This document shows, in pieces, positions 50,951 through 61,369 of a DNA stretch of 64,000 nt. Under the pieces are notes generated by a model that saw only the letters and a program-made list of their open reading frames with translations, was not told where the DNA came from and did no database searches. A program made the translations under genes and the position numbers. The stretch's first letter is position 1. The number at the start of each line of letters is the position of its first letter. This DNA is from Chiloscyllium plagiosum (lineage: Eukaryota). Where the stretch lies: NCBI RefSeq assembly GCF_004010195.1, contig NC_057754.1, positions 11,226,859-11,290,858 of the forward strand. Reading direction: 5' to 3'.

Positions 50951-51810
50951 ATTTTGCTCTCTTCCATGTCCCTTGTCTCCGTTCAGAATTTTACCTCACT
51001 TCATCTTGAAAACAGTCAATGTCTTCGTCACGGTCAATTTCTGCCATAGAGATTTCTGCAGCCCCCGCCACACGGCACAACCCGCTCTTTCAATTTCCAC
51101 CGATTCCCTGTTGGGAAATACCAACGCGGGGCAGCCCAGAAAACGAATAATTTCAGCAATGCATTTTCCTCTCTTATTATTTAGTGCCAGCAGCTATCTA
51201 AAAGACGCTCTCCTCGAAACACTATTGAGAGATCCCAAATTTTCGAAATGTTTGCTTTATCTAAAACCGAGTGATGTGGAAAAGAATCAACTTTAAAAGT
51301 CACGGCAATATCTACAGAGGGAGCGTAAAGTAGTTTTTTTCTCTCCCTCTCACATACTGTTTGGTGGAGTTTTGATGCTGTTCTCTCCCTCGACTGCTCT
51401 CTCCCTGGTCCCCCTGCCTGCCTTGAGTTTTATTTTCTGGAAATCGCGTCCAATTTTGCTCTCTCCCATGTCCCTTGCCTCCCCTCAGAATTTTACCTCA
51501 CTCCATCTTGAAAACAGTCAATGTCTTTGTCTCGGTCACTTTCTGCCACAGAGAATTCTGCAGCCCCCGCCACACGGTAAAAACCCCTCTTTCAATTTCC
51601 CCTCATTACAGTCCTAACCTGTCTCCTTTGGACTATAATTTCCTGGTTTTTGAATATCCTTCCCCGAGCATCGGAACTTCCGTCCTGCGTTTACCCCATC
51701 TAGTCCTGTTAGAATGTTATAGGTTTATATGACATCCCCCTTATATCTTATAAAATCCAGTGAATATCATCCAAACTGATGTAATCTTTTTTCATACAAC
51801 AATACGGCCA
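50951..51810 (-). repeat. 148-bp direct repeat pair (50951-51098, 51453-51600) from an old CR1 3' end that continues to about 51810
   Basis: Near-identical blocks tcagaattttacctcact.catcttgaaaacagtcaatgtctt and ctgcagcccccgccacacgg. Confidence 0.8.
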
Positions 51811-52676
51811 GGTCTCGTACTTTGTGACAAAACGGTTTTGATCTGATATCTTGGATATACAATTAATTCAAACAACCCTCCGTCCAAAACACAGGAGCGT
51901 GAATAATTTGCATCACGTCACAGCAGTTATTTCCAAAGACCTTGCATTGGTCAGAAGCAACTGCCAAAAAATAGCCTCATGTATTTCAATCGGCTTGTCA
52001 TCCTTTGCGTCATTGACAAGACAAATCATTCTTCTGAAAGGTTCGTCTTGACTCTTGTCTTTGCTTTTGACTTTGATAGAAGTCAAATCTAACAATCGAG
52101 ACCTCTCTGTGAGTCGATGGGATTAGAGGCGTTTATTTAGGAAAAGAAGCTGGACTGGAAATGTTACATCTTTTCTCCTGCCCCCAATGCTGCTGCGACA
52201 CACGCCGAGTCTCTGAGGCACTTTCTCTGTGCGTGTGTATTTGTTTTAGTTGACTTTGCATTTGATTCAGATTGACTGTGTTTCTCTGACTCTAAATGCC
52301 AGCTGTTCTGGGAAATGGACGTTTAACCGCGAAATTACACGCTCTCTTTCGTTTTCAAAAGAAACGTAAAAGCATCAATCTGGTGAACCTCCTCTGAAGT
52401 GTGGAGTTGTCACACCATTGCTTAAGTAAAGGGACGAAAACTGGACACAATACAGGGGTGTACAGCACAGAAGAAAGGCCCTGTCCGCCCACTATTTGGG
52501 ATGCCAGTGCAACCATTTAACTCTTCTAACCGTATTTCCCAGTGGTTGGCCCTTAGCCTTGTATGCCTTGGCATCACAAATACACATCTAAATGCGTCTT
52601 CGATGTTATGAGGTTTTCCACCTCTAACCTCTCACCAGCAACGAGTTACAAACTAGTTTTTTTGTAGAAACTGAAG

Positions 52677-52990
52677 ATGGCACAGTGGCACAGTGGTTAG
52701 CACTGCTGCCTCGCAGCGCCAGAGACCCGGGTTCAATTCCCGACTCAGGCGACTGACTGTGTGGAGTTTGCACGTTCTCCCCGTGTCTGCGTGGGTTTCC
52801 TCCGGGTGCTCCGGTTTCCTCCCACAGTCCAAAGATGTGCAAGTCAGGTGAATTGGCCATGCTAAATTGCCCGTAGTGTTAGGTAATGGGGTAAATGTAG
52901 GGGTATGGGTGGGTTGCGCTTCGGCGGGTCGGTGTGGACTTGTTGGGCCGAAGAGCCTGTTTCCATACTGTAATGTAATCTAATCTAATC
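52677..52990 (+). mobile_element. Full-length HE1-type SINE followed by (GAAA)n
   Basis: A box tggcacagtggtt, B box ggttcaattccc, conserved core, (taatc)n tail. Confidence 0.93.
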
Positions 52991-53150
52991 GAAAGAAAAG
53001 AAAGAAAGAAAGTTAAACTCTAACATTCTCTCCCATTTCCAAACTGTATGCGAAGTGCAGCAGGCAATGTTTGAAAGTGGCAAATACAGTTCCATAAGGT
53101 AGCTGCAGTTTGCACAATTCACTGGGCCCAACGTACCTTTATTCCCTATA

Positions 53151-55030
53151 CTGAAAATGTGTTGCTGGAAAAGCGCACCAGGTCACGTAGCATCCAAGGA
53201 GCAGGAGAATCGACATTTCGGGCATGAGCCCTTCTTCAGGAATGAGGAAAGTGTGTCCAGCAGGCTAAGATAAAAGGTAGGGAGAAGGGACTTGGGGGAG
53301 GGGCGTTGGAAATGCGATAGGTGGAAGGAGGTCAAGGTGAGGGTGATAGGCCAGAGTGGGGGTGGGGGTGGAGAACCGTCGTGTTGTTATGGTCTGGCGA
53401 TGGAGGAGTCCAAGGACCTGCATGTCCTTGGTGGAGTGGGAGGGGGAATTGAAATGTTGTGCTACAGGGTGGTTGGGTTGGTTGGTCCGGGTGTCCCAGA
53501 GGTGTTCTCTGAAACATTCCGCAAGTAGGCGGCCTGTCTCCCCAATATAGAGGAGGCCACATCGGGTGCAGCGGATGCAGTAAATGATGTGTGTAGAAGT
53601 GCAGGTGAATTTGTGGTGGATATGGAAGGATCCCATTGGGGCCTTGGAGTGAAGTAAAGGGGGAGGTGTGGGCACAAGTTTTGCATTTCTTGCGGTTGCA
53701 GGGGAAGGTGCTGGGAGTGGAGGTTGGGTTGGTGGAGGGTGTGGACCTGACAAGGGAGCCACAGAGGGAGTGGTCTTTTCGGAACGCTGATAGGGGAGGG
53801 GAGGGAAATATATCCCTGGTGGTGGGGTCCGTTTGGAGGTGGCGGAAATGACGACGGATGATACGTTGTATATGGCCGTTGGTGGGGTGGTAGGTGAGGA
53901 CCAGTGGCGTTCTGTCCTGGTGGCGATTGGAGGGGCGGGGCTCAAGGGCGGAGGAGCGGGAAGTGGAGAAGATGTGGTGGAGGGCATCATCGATCACATC
54001 TGGGGGAAATTGCGGTCTTTGAAGAAGGAGGCCATATGGGTTGTATGGTATTGGAACTGGTCCTCCTGGGAGCAGATGTGGCGGAGACGATGGAATTGGG
54101 AATATATGGGATGGCGTTTTTAAAGGAGGCAGGGTGGGAGGAGGTGTAGTCTGGGTAGTTGTGGGAGTCGGTCGGTTTATAGTAAATGTCCGTGTTGATT
54201 CGGTTGCCCGAGATAGAAATGGAAAGGTCTAGGAAGGGGAGGGAGTAGTCTGAGACGGTCCAGGTGAATTTGAGGTCGGCGTGGAAGGTGTTGGTAAAGT
54301 GGATGAACTGTTCAACCTCCTCGTGGGAGCATGAGGCACCGCCGATACAGTCATCGATGTAGCAGAGGAAAAGGTGGGGGGTGGTGCCAGTGTAGCTGCG
54401 GAAGATGGACTGTTCCACATATCCTACGAAGAGGCAGGCATAGCTGAGGCCCATGCGGGTGTCCATGCCTACACCTTTGGTTTGGAGGAAGTGGGAGGAT
54501 TGGAAAGAAAAGTTGTTCAGGGTGAGGACCAGTTCAGTCAATCCAAGGAGGCTGTCATAGGAAGGGTACTGGTTGGTACGGCAGGAAAGGAAGAAGCGGA
54601 GGGCTTTGAGTCCTTCATGATGGGGGATGGAGGTGTACAGGGACTGGATGTCGTTGGGGACCGCGAAGTGAAGATCATGGAGGAGGTGGACGGCGTGGGT
54701 GGTGTCCTGAACGTAGGTGGGGAGGTTTTGGACTAAGGGGGACAGCACCGTGTCGAGGTATGCAGAGATGAGTTCAGTGGGGCAGGAGCAGGCTGAGACA
54801 ATGGGTCGGTCGCGGCAGTCAGGTTTGTGGACTTTGGGCAGGAGGTAGAAACGGGTGGTGCGGGGTTGTGGGACTATGAGGTTGGAGGCAGTGGATGGGA
54901 GATCCCCTGAGGTGATGAGGTTATGGATGGTCTGGGAGATGATGGTTTGGTGGTGGGAGGTGGTGCCATGGTCAAGGGGGCAGTAGGAGGAGCTGTCCGT
55001 GAGCTGGCATTTAGCCTCAGCAGTGTGGGA
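53151..55030 (-). mobile_element. Penelope-like element (family B), inverted arm: RT + GIY-YIG + terminus
   Basis: FYLLPKVHK..RPIVS, DIQSLYTSIP, NNFSF, QTKGVGM, YIDDC, IYYKPTD, IIYCIRCTRCGLLYIGETGR..REH. Frameshifted. Confidence 0.95.
53207..53243 (-). ncRNA. Minimal type I hammerhead ribozyme motif (family B)
   Basis: attc-CTGAAGA-agggc tcat gccc-GAAA-tg-TC-gatt. Core nucleotides intact. Confidence 0.7.
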
Positions 55031-55315
55031 CACCACCCTATGTTCGGGACACCACCCACGCCCTCCACCTCCTCCATGATCTTCGCTTCCCTGGTCCCCA
55101 GTGCCTTATCTTCACCATGGACATCCAGTCTTTGTACACCTCCAACCCCCATCATGAAGGACTCAAAGCCCTTTGCTTCTTCCTTTTCCACCGTACCAAC
55201 CAGTACCCTTCCACTGACACCCTCCTTCGACTGACTGAACTGGTCCTCACCCTGAACAACTTCTCTTTCCAATCCTCCCGCTTCCTCCAAACCAAAGGAG
55301 TAGCCATGGGCACCC

Positions 55316-55537
55316 NNNNNNNNNNNNNNNNNNNNNNNNNNNNNNNNNNNNNNNNNNNNNNNNNNNNNNNNNNNNNNNNNNNNNNNNNNNNNNNNNNNNN
55401 NNNNNNNNNNNNNNNNNNNNNNNNNNNNNNNNNNNNNNNNNNNNNNNNNNNNNNNNNNNNNNNNNNNNNNNNNNNNNNNNNNNNNNNNNNNNNNNNNNNN
55501 NNNNNNNNNNNNNNNNNNNNNNNNNNNNNNNNNNNNN
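55316..55537. other. Assembly gap (222 N)
   Basis: Run of N. Confidence 1.
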
Positions 55538-56551
55538 GCCATCCCATATTCCCAATTCCTTCGTCACCGCCGCATCTGCTCCCAGGAGGACCAGTTCCAA
55601 TACCGTAAAACGCAGATGGCCTCTTTCTTCAAAGGCCGCAATTTCCCCCCCAGACATGATCGACGATGCTCTCCACTGCATCTCCTCCACTTCCCGCTCC
55701 TCCGCCCTTGAGCCCCGCCCCTCCAATCGCCACCAGGACAGAACGCCACTGGTCCTCACCTACCACCCCACCAACCTCCATATACATCGTATCATCCGTC
55801 GTCATTTCCGCCGCCTCCAAACGGACCCCACCACCAGGGATATATTTCCCTCCCCTCCCCTATCAGTGTTCCAAAACGACCACTCGCTCTGTGACTCCCT
55901 CGTCAGGTTACACCCTCCACCAACCCAACCTCCACTCCCGGCACCTTCCTCTGTAACTGCAAGAAATGCAAAACTTGAGCCCACACCTCCCCCCTTACTT
56001 CCCTCCAAGGCCCCAAGGGATACTTCCATATCCACCACAAATTCACCTGCACCTCCACACACATCATTTATTGCATCCGCTACACCCGAGGTGGCCTCCT
56101 CTATATTGGGGAGACAGGCCGCCTACTTGCGGAACATTTCAGAGAACACCTCTGGGACACCCGGACCAACCAACCCAACCACCCCGTGGCTCAACGCTTC
56201 AACTCCCCCTCCCACTCCACCAAGGACATGCAGGTCCTTGGACTCCTCCATCGCCAGACCATAGCAACATGACGGTTGGAGGAAGAGTGCCTCATCTTCA
56301 GACTAGGAACCCTCCAACCACAAGGGGTGAACTCAGATTTCTCCAGTTTCCTCATTTCCCCTTCCCCATCTTGTCTCAGTCAAATCTCTCGAACTCAGCA
56401 CCGCCTTCCTAACCTGCAATCTTCTTCCTGACCTCTCCGCCTCCACCCCCTCTCCGGCCTATCACCCTCACCTTGACCTCCTTCCACCTATCGCATTTCC
56501 AACGCCCCTCCTCCCTACCTTTTATCTTAGCCTGCTGGACACACTTTCCTC

Positions 56552-56587
56552 ATTCCTGAAGAAGGGCTCATGCCCGAAACGTCGTTT
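56552..56587 (+). ncRNA. Minimal type I hammerhead ribozyme motif (family B); predicted cleavage after GUC at 56583
   Basis: attc-CTGAAGA-agggc tcat gccc-GAAA-cg-TC. Palindromic ACGU mini stem III. Stem I weakened (gttt). Confidence 0.72.
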
Positions 56588-56879
56588 CTCCTGCTCCTTG
56601 AATGCTGCCTGGACGGCTGCGCTTTTCCAGCAACACATTTTCAGCTCTGATCTCCAGCATCTGTAGTCCTCACTTTATCCTCCTTTATTCCCTCTACCCT
56701 TCCATTGATCCACACTCTGTTGGTTTCTGGTGAAACACCATCACCTGTCTATCTGGAGCTGTCGGATACCACATTACTGAAACAAATGTTACCAAATACC
56801 CAACTTCCACTCGATTGTTTGCTGCCTGCTGCACTGTTTATTCAGACAGTTACATGGTACAGTGGTAGTAGAAACATCA

Positions 56880-57275
56880 AAATATCAAAAATAGGAAAAG
56901 GAGTGAATCATTCAATCTAACGAACCATTCAATAGCACCATAGCTGATCATTTAACTCAATCCCTTTTCCCGCTTCGTCCACCGTATCCATCTATCCCAA
57001 AGAACTATATTTTGCATTGTTTTGAATAACATTCAATATTTTGTCCCTGATCACATTCTGTGGTAGAGAATTCCACAGGCTCTCCAGTCTGCATGAAGAC
57101 ATTTCTCCCCATCCCAGTCCTACCCGATACTTTTAGATAGTGATTCTTTCGTTATGGACCGCCCGGTAAACAAGAACTGGGTAAATGCTGTGTTTACCCT
57201 TTCATGTCCTTTGGAATTTTAGAGAATTCTATAAGATCCTTCCCTCTTCATTCTTCTAAACGCCAGTGAATGCAG
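56880..57275 (-). mobile_element. Old CR1-type 3' fragment
   Basis: ttctgtggtagagaattccacaggctc, acatttctcc, cattcttctaaac; same type as 51453-51810. Confidence 0.65.
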
Positions 57276-58365
57276 TCCATTGACTTTTACACTCTGGTTT
57301 TGGACTGCCTAGTCATTGAGAACATCTTTTTATTGTTGGAAATAACCTGCAACTATACTGATGGATAGTACCCACATGTCTGGCAGTAATTGCCAGGGTC
57401 GAACTGAGAGTCTTGACTGCTGTAGTCACCTTCATGAATGAAATCCAAAAATGGCAACCATGAATTATTCCACAAACCTCTCCATAGATGATTCGTGGGG
57501 ACATATACCGATTTCTTTTTCTTATATGCAGCAGAGTTCAAAGTGATTTAAAAAAAATTCTGCAAGGATGATGCTACTCTCCATTATCAGATAACGCTGC
57601 CTGATTTGTAACACAGCAGTGGAAAAGTTATGTGATTGATAATACATCCATTCCCTTCCTTGATCTAACAAGATTAATTCTGATTAATTCTCATTTAATT
57701 CTAAAAGTGCTCAAAATTGGAATCAATACTTTATTACTTAGCAATATTTTGATGAATGGAAACTTTGTTTTTTGCTTTTCCCGTAGGAATTTATTTCCAT
57801 AATCCCAAATGATCCTGGAATTATTACAGAAGTTAAAGATATTTAGAATGACTGCCTGAAATTCAATTCCCCAATTTTCCTGATTCTTAGATGCTGGTTG
57901 ATAGAAAACACAGGAGTAGGTCTCTGTACTGAACAAGAATCACCATTTATTCTGAGTAATGAGACTTTAGCTTTATGTAGACATTTATAAACTATTGGCA
58001 TATGACATAACAAACTTAAATTGTAATCGCTTTATAAACTCCTTCCACACAGACAGACAGGCAACAGGCATGGGCAATACATTATGGGCGACGGAAATGG
58101 GTAGGAAACGAATTCAGTGGTCCATATTCCCGGGCTGTCGAGATGATCCTGATGATTCCTACACTGGTCAGTATGTTGTTTTTCGGTCCATCTTCTCCGA
58201 ATCTCTTCACAGGTTTGTAAGCTGAATTACTTTTGGCAAGCCATTTAAAACTGAATTACCAGACATCAATTAAATGGTTTGACTGACTGCAAATCGCAGT
58301 AGGATGGCAGTTAGGTTTTCAAGCGAGAAACTCTGAGGATAGCAAGCCACTTTGAATTGAGATTG

Positions 58366-60170
58366 ATGTCACCCTGACTATTAGGGAGTCTATAATACAA
58401 TCCCACTAATGTGAGCATCCCTTTCTTATTTCTCAGTTCAACCCAAATAACTTCCCTGGATGTATTTCCAGGAATATCCTCCCTCAGTACAGCTGTAATG
58501 CTATCCCTTATCAAATGCCACTACCCCTCCTTTCTTGCCTCCTTCCTGTCCTTCCTGTAGCATTTGTATCCTGGAACATTAAGCTGCTAGTCCCGTCCAT
58601 CTCTGATATCCCAGTCCCATGTTTCTAACCATGCCCTGAGTTCATCTGCCTTCCCTCTTAGGTCTCTTGCATTGAAATGGATGCAGTTTAATTGATCAGT
58701 CCTACCTTGTTCTCTGCTTTGTCCCTACCTGCCCTGACTGTTTCGCCTTTGTTCTCAACTGTACCAGTCTCACATTGAAATCTTTCCTCATTATCCTCCT
58801 GGGTCTTGCCTCCTTCCCTCCCCACCATACTTCCTCCCAAGCATCTCTAGCAAATCTCCCTGCCAGTATATTAGTCCCTTCCAATTTAGGTGCAATCCAT
58901 CTTTCTTGTACAGGTCACTTCTATCCCCAAACAGCTTCCAAGGATCCAAAAATGTGAATCCTTCTCCTGTACACCAGCTCCTCAGCCATGCATTCATCTG
59001 CTTTCTCCTCCTATTCCTGCCATCACTAGCTCATATCACCGGGAGTAATCCAGATGGTATTACTCTTGAGGACCTCCTTTTTAAGTTCCTGCCTAACTTT
59101 CTGTGATCTCCCTTCAGAATCTCAACCTTTTCCCTTCCTGTGTCGTTGGTTCCAATGTGGACAATGACCTCCTGCTTGTCCCTCTCCCCCTCTGAGACAT
59201 CCTTGATCCTGGCACCAGGGAAGCAACATACCATTCTGATTTCTCGCTGCTGGCTACAAAAACGTCTGTCTGCACCTCAGACTAGAGAGTCCCCGAACAC
59301 AATTGATCGCTTGGAACCCGACATACCTCTCATTGCATTAGAGCTAGTCTCAATACCAGAATTTTGGTTGTTCGTGCTACGTACCCCTGAGTGTCCATCA
59401 CCCCCTACGTTTTCCAAAACAGCATACTTGTTTTAAATGTGGATAGTCACAGAAGACTTCTGCACTACCTGCCTATTTCGCTCAACTTTCCTGGAGTTAA
59501 ACCATCTATGTGACTGTATCTGAGACATCCCCCCTTCCTATAACTGCCATCCATCACATCCCTTTGCTCTTGTAAATTCCTCATTGCCTCTAACTGCCTC
59601 TCCAACTGATCCATTTGATCTGATAGGATTCACAACCAATGGCATTTATTGCAGATATAATCCTCACCAACCTGTAAACTCTCCCTAAACTCCCATATCC
59701 AACAAGAAGAGCATATAACTCCACTAAGGGCCATTTTTGCTTCTTTCAATCTACAGATCCAGAAAATAACACTGTCTTATTCTTCTACAAAACACTGCTC
59801 TAGGTTAAATTAATACTTATGGCTTAGATTTTAAGTTTAATTCAGAGACATAGTTCAATAAAACATATAATCCAGAAATAACCCACTCTACTCACTACTG
59901 CAGACTTATTTTAGGGCTGCGCTTAAAACCCACTTCTCTGCTTCTGTGCTCTGACCTTTCCCAAACAGGTCCCTCCAAGATCAGTTGTGAATTACACTGT
60001 TTTTAAATTTTCCCAGATGAACTCCGATGTCCAGCGATAAATGCATTCAACAGCAAAGGCAGTAACTGCTAACTCTGTCAGTAAGCAATGTGGGTTTCTT
60101 TCTCTCTCTCTCTCTCCTGCACTGACCTCACCATGTGCTTCCTTTTTCCGGTCCTTCATCTTGGATCCTT
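58366..60170 (-). mobile_element. CR1 5' half (5' UTR, ORF1, start of endonuclease)
   Basis: ORF1 ATG near 59734, VCCFPGARIKDV, VHIGTND, NAWLRSWC..DGLHLN, VIWVELRNKKG..GLYYRLPN. Confidence 0.9.
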
Positions 60171-60198
60171 GTCAAAGATTATATTTCTTTTACATTAA

Positions 60199-60433
60199 AT
60201 TAGATTCCCTACAGTGTGGGAACAGGCCATTCGGCCCCACAAGTCCACACCGACCCTCCGAAGAGTAACCCACCCAGTCCCATTTCCCTCTGACTAATGC
60301 ACCTAACACTATGGGCAATTTAACATGGCAATTCACCTAGCCTGCACATCTTTGGACTGTGGGAGGAAACCGGAGCACCTGGGGGAAACCCACGCAGACA
60401 CGGGGAGAATGTGCAAACTCCACACAGATAGTC
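60199..60433 (-). mobile_element. HE1-type SINE, 5'-truncated
   Basis: Reverse-complement match to 52755-52990. Confidence 0.88.
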
Positions 60434-61369
60434 TCCTGGAGACATTGCACTCCTACCCGTCCTCTCAATCATTGATATCGATTATAGATGGCTATGGCTT
60501 TAGCAGCATTTCCTCCCGACCCTCCCACTAGAGCCACCTCCCGAAGCTGGAAATATCTATGTTCACTCTCCACCTGTCAAGGGGTGTTTGTTGGGAACAA
60601 TGTAGATGGGGTATCTCACTCCAAACCAAATACCGTGCTGTAGCTGTTCTCAGAATGTTTAGTAAAGATGGTGTGGAAGGCGATTTCATCTGTCTCGAAC
60701 ACAGGATTGTTAATTCCCTGGTATCTACACAGGACAATGTTTCTCTTTGCATAGCCTCCGGTGTCACTGCCCTGCAAATTCTGTTGGGAGATGGAGTAAA
60801 TGAGTTCTTGCAAAATTAAATGCACTCGATTAAAGAATGCCTGGATGTCAGATTAAGGAAAGACATTCACACAGTTGGTCCAGGCTCAAAACTCATGTCT
60901 CAGCCTTACTCTGTGACAAACTGCAAAAAAAAAAGGAGATATTTTAAGAATTTGCAGATGACACGCACATTGGCACTGGAGTAAATAGGGAAAAGTAGAG
61001 GAGCGGACTTTAGCAGGATAAAGGCAGAAGATGTTTACAGTCAGTCTGAAGCTGGAAGTGATCCACAGTTTTCCTGATGCCGTATCAGTGAAACAGTCAC
61101 CCCAAGGCTTTCTTCGCTGGATGGTCAATTGATATGAATTCATGTAAAATAGACATGAGCGAGATGAGAGCTTTCTGTTCGTGATCGGGGGCACAACACT
61201 CACCCAGCGTCCTGCGGAGAAGAGGTCAGGCTTTTATTTAAACCAAATCACACCCTGACACTGCAAACCCTCAAAGTAACTAAGGAATGAACATTTATAA
61301 AACACACTATATTTGAGGTCGTGTTCCGAATCTGTCACAGAGTTTTAATTTAGAATCTAACAAGTGTAT

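Larger units (their letters stand above)
55031..56681 (+). mobile_element. Penelope-like element (family B), sense arm with complete 3' terminus
   Basis: MDIQSLYTS..QTKGVAMGT, YIGETGR, HPVAQRFN. Reverse complement of the left arm plus about 36 nt extra tail. Outer TSD cctttattccct(a/c)ta at 53136-53150 and 56682-56696. Confidence 0.95.

Noticed and set aside
52301..52397. VLGNG...KKRKSINLVNLL peptide after an AG, weakly like GPCR TM1-ICL1
   Set aside because: Not hydrophobic enough, terminates at once, and no further TM segments follow.
52677..52750. tRNA-like A/B boxes (also at 6647, 44730-44790, 46580-46925)
   Set aside because: These are SINE heads, not tRNA genes; no complete cloverleaf.
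57451..57612. MATMNYSTNLS...FCKDD...LP, reminiscent of a chemokine-receptor N-terminus
   Set aside because: Needs a frameshift and stop read-through, and no TM1 follows.
60905..61230. Strong minus-strand splice-like signals (ctcttctccgcag GACGCTGG gtgagt; ttttccctatttactccag)
   Set aside because: No coherent reading frame or supporting homology; cannot be distinguished from chance without RNA data.
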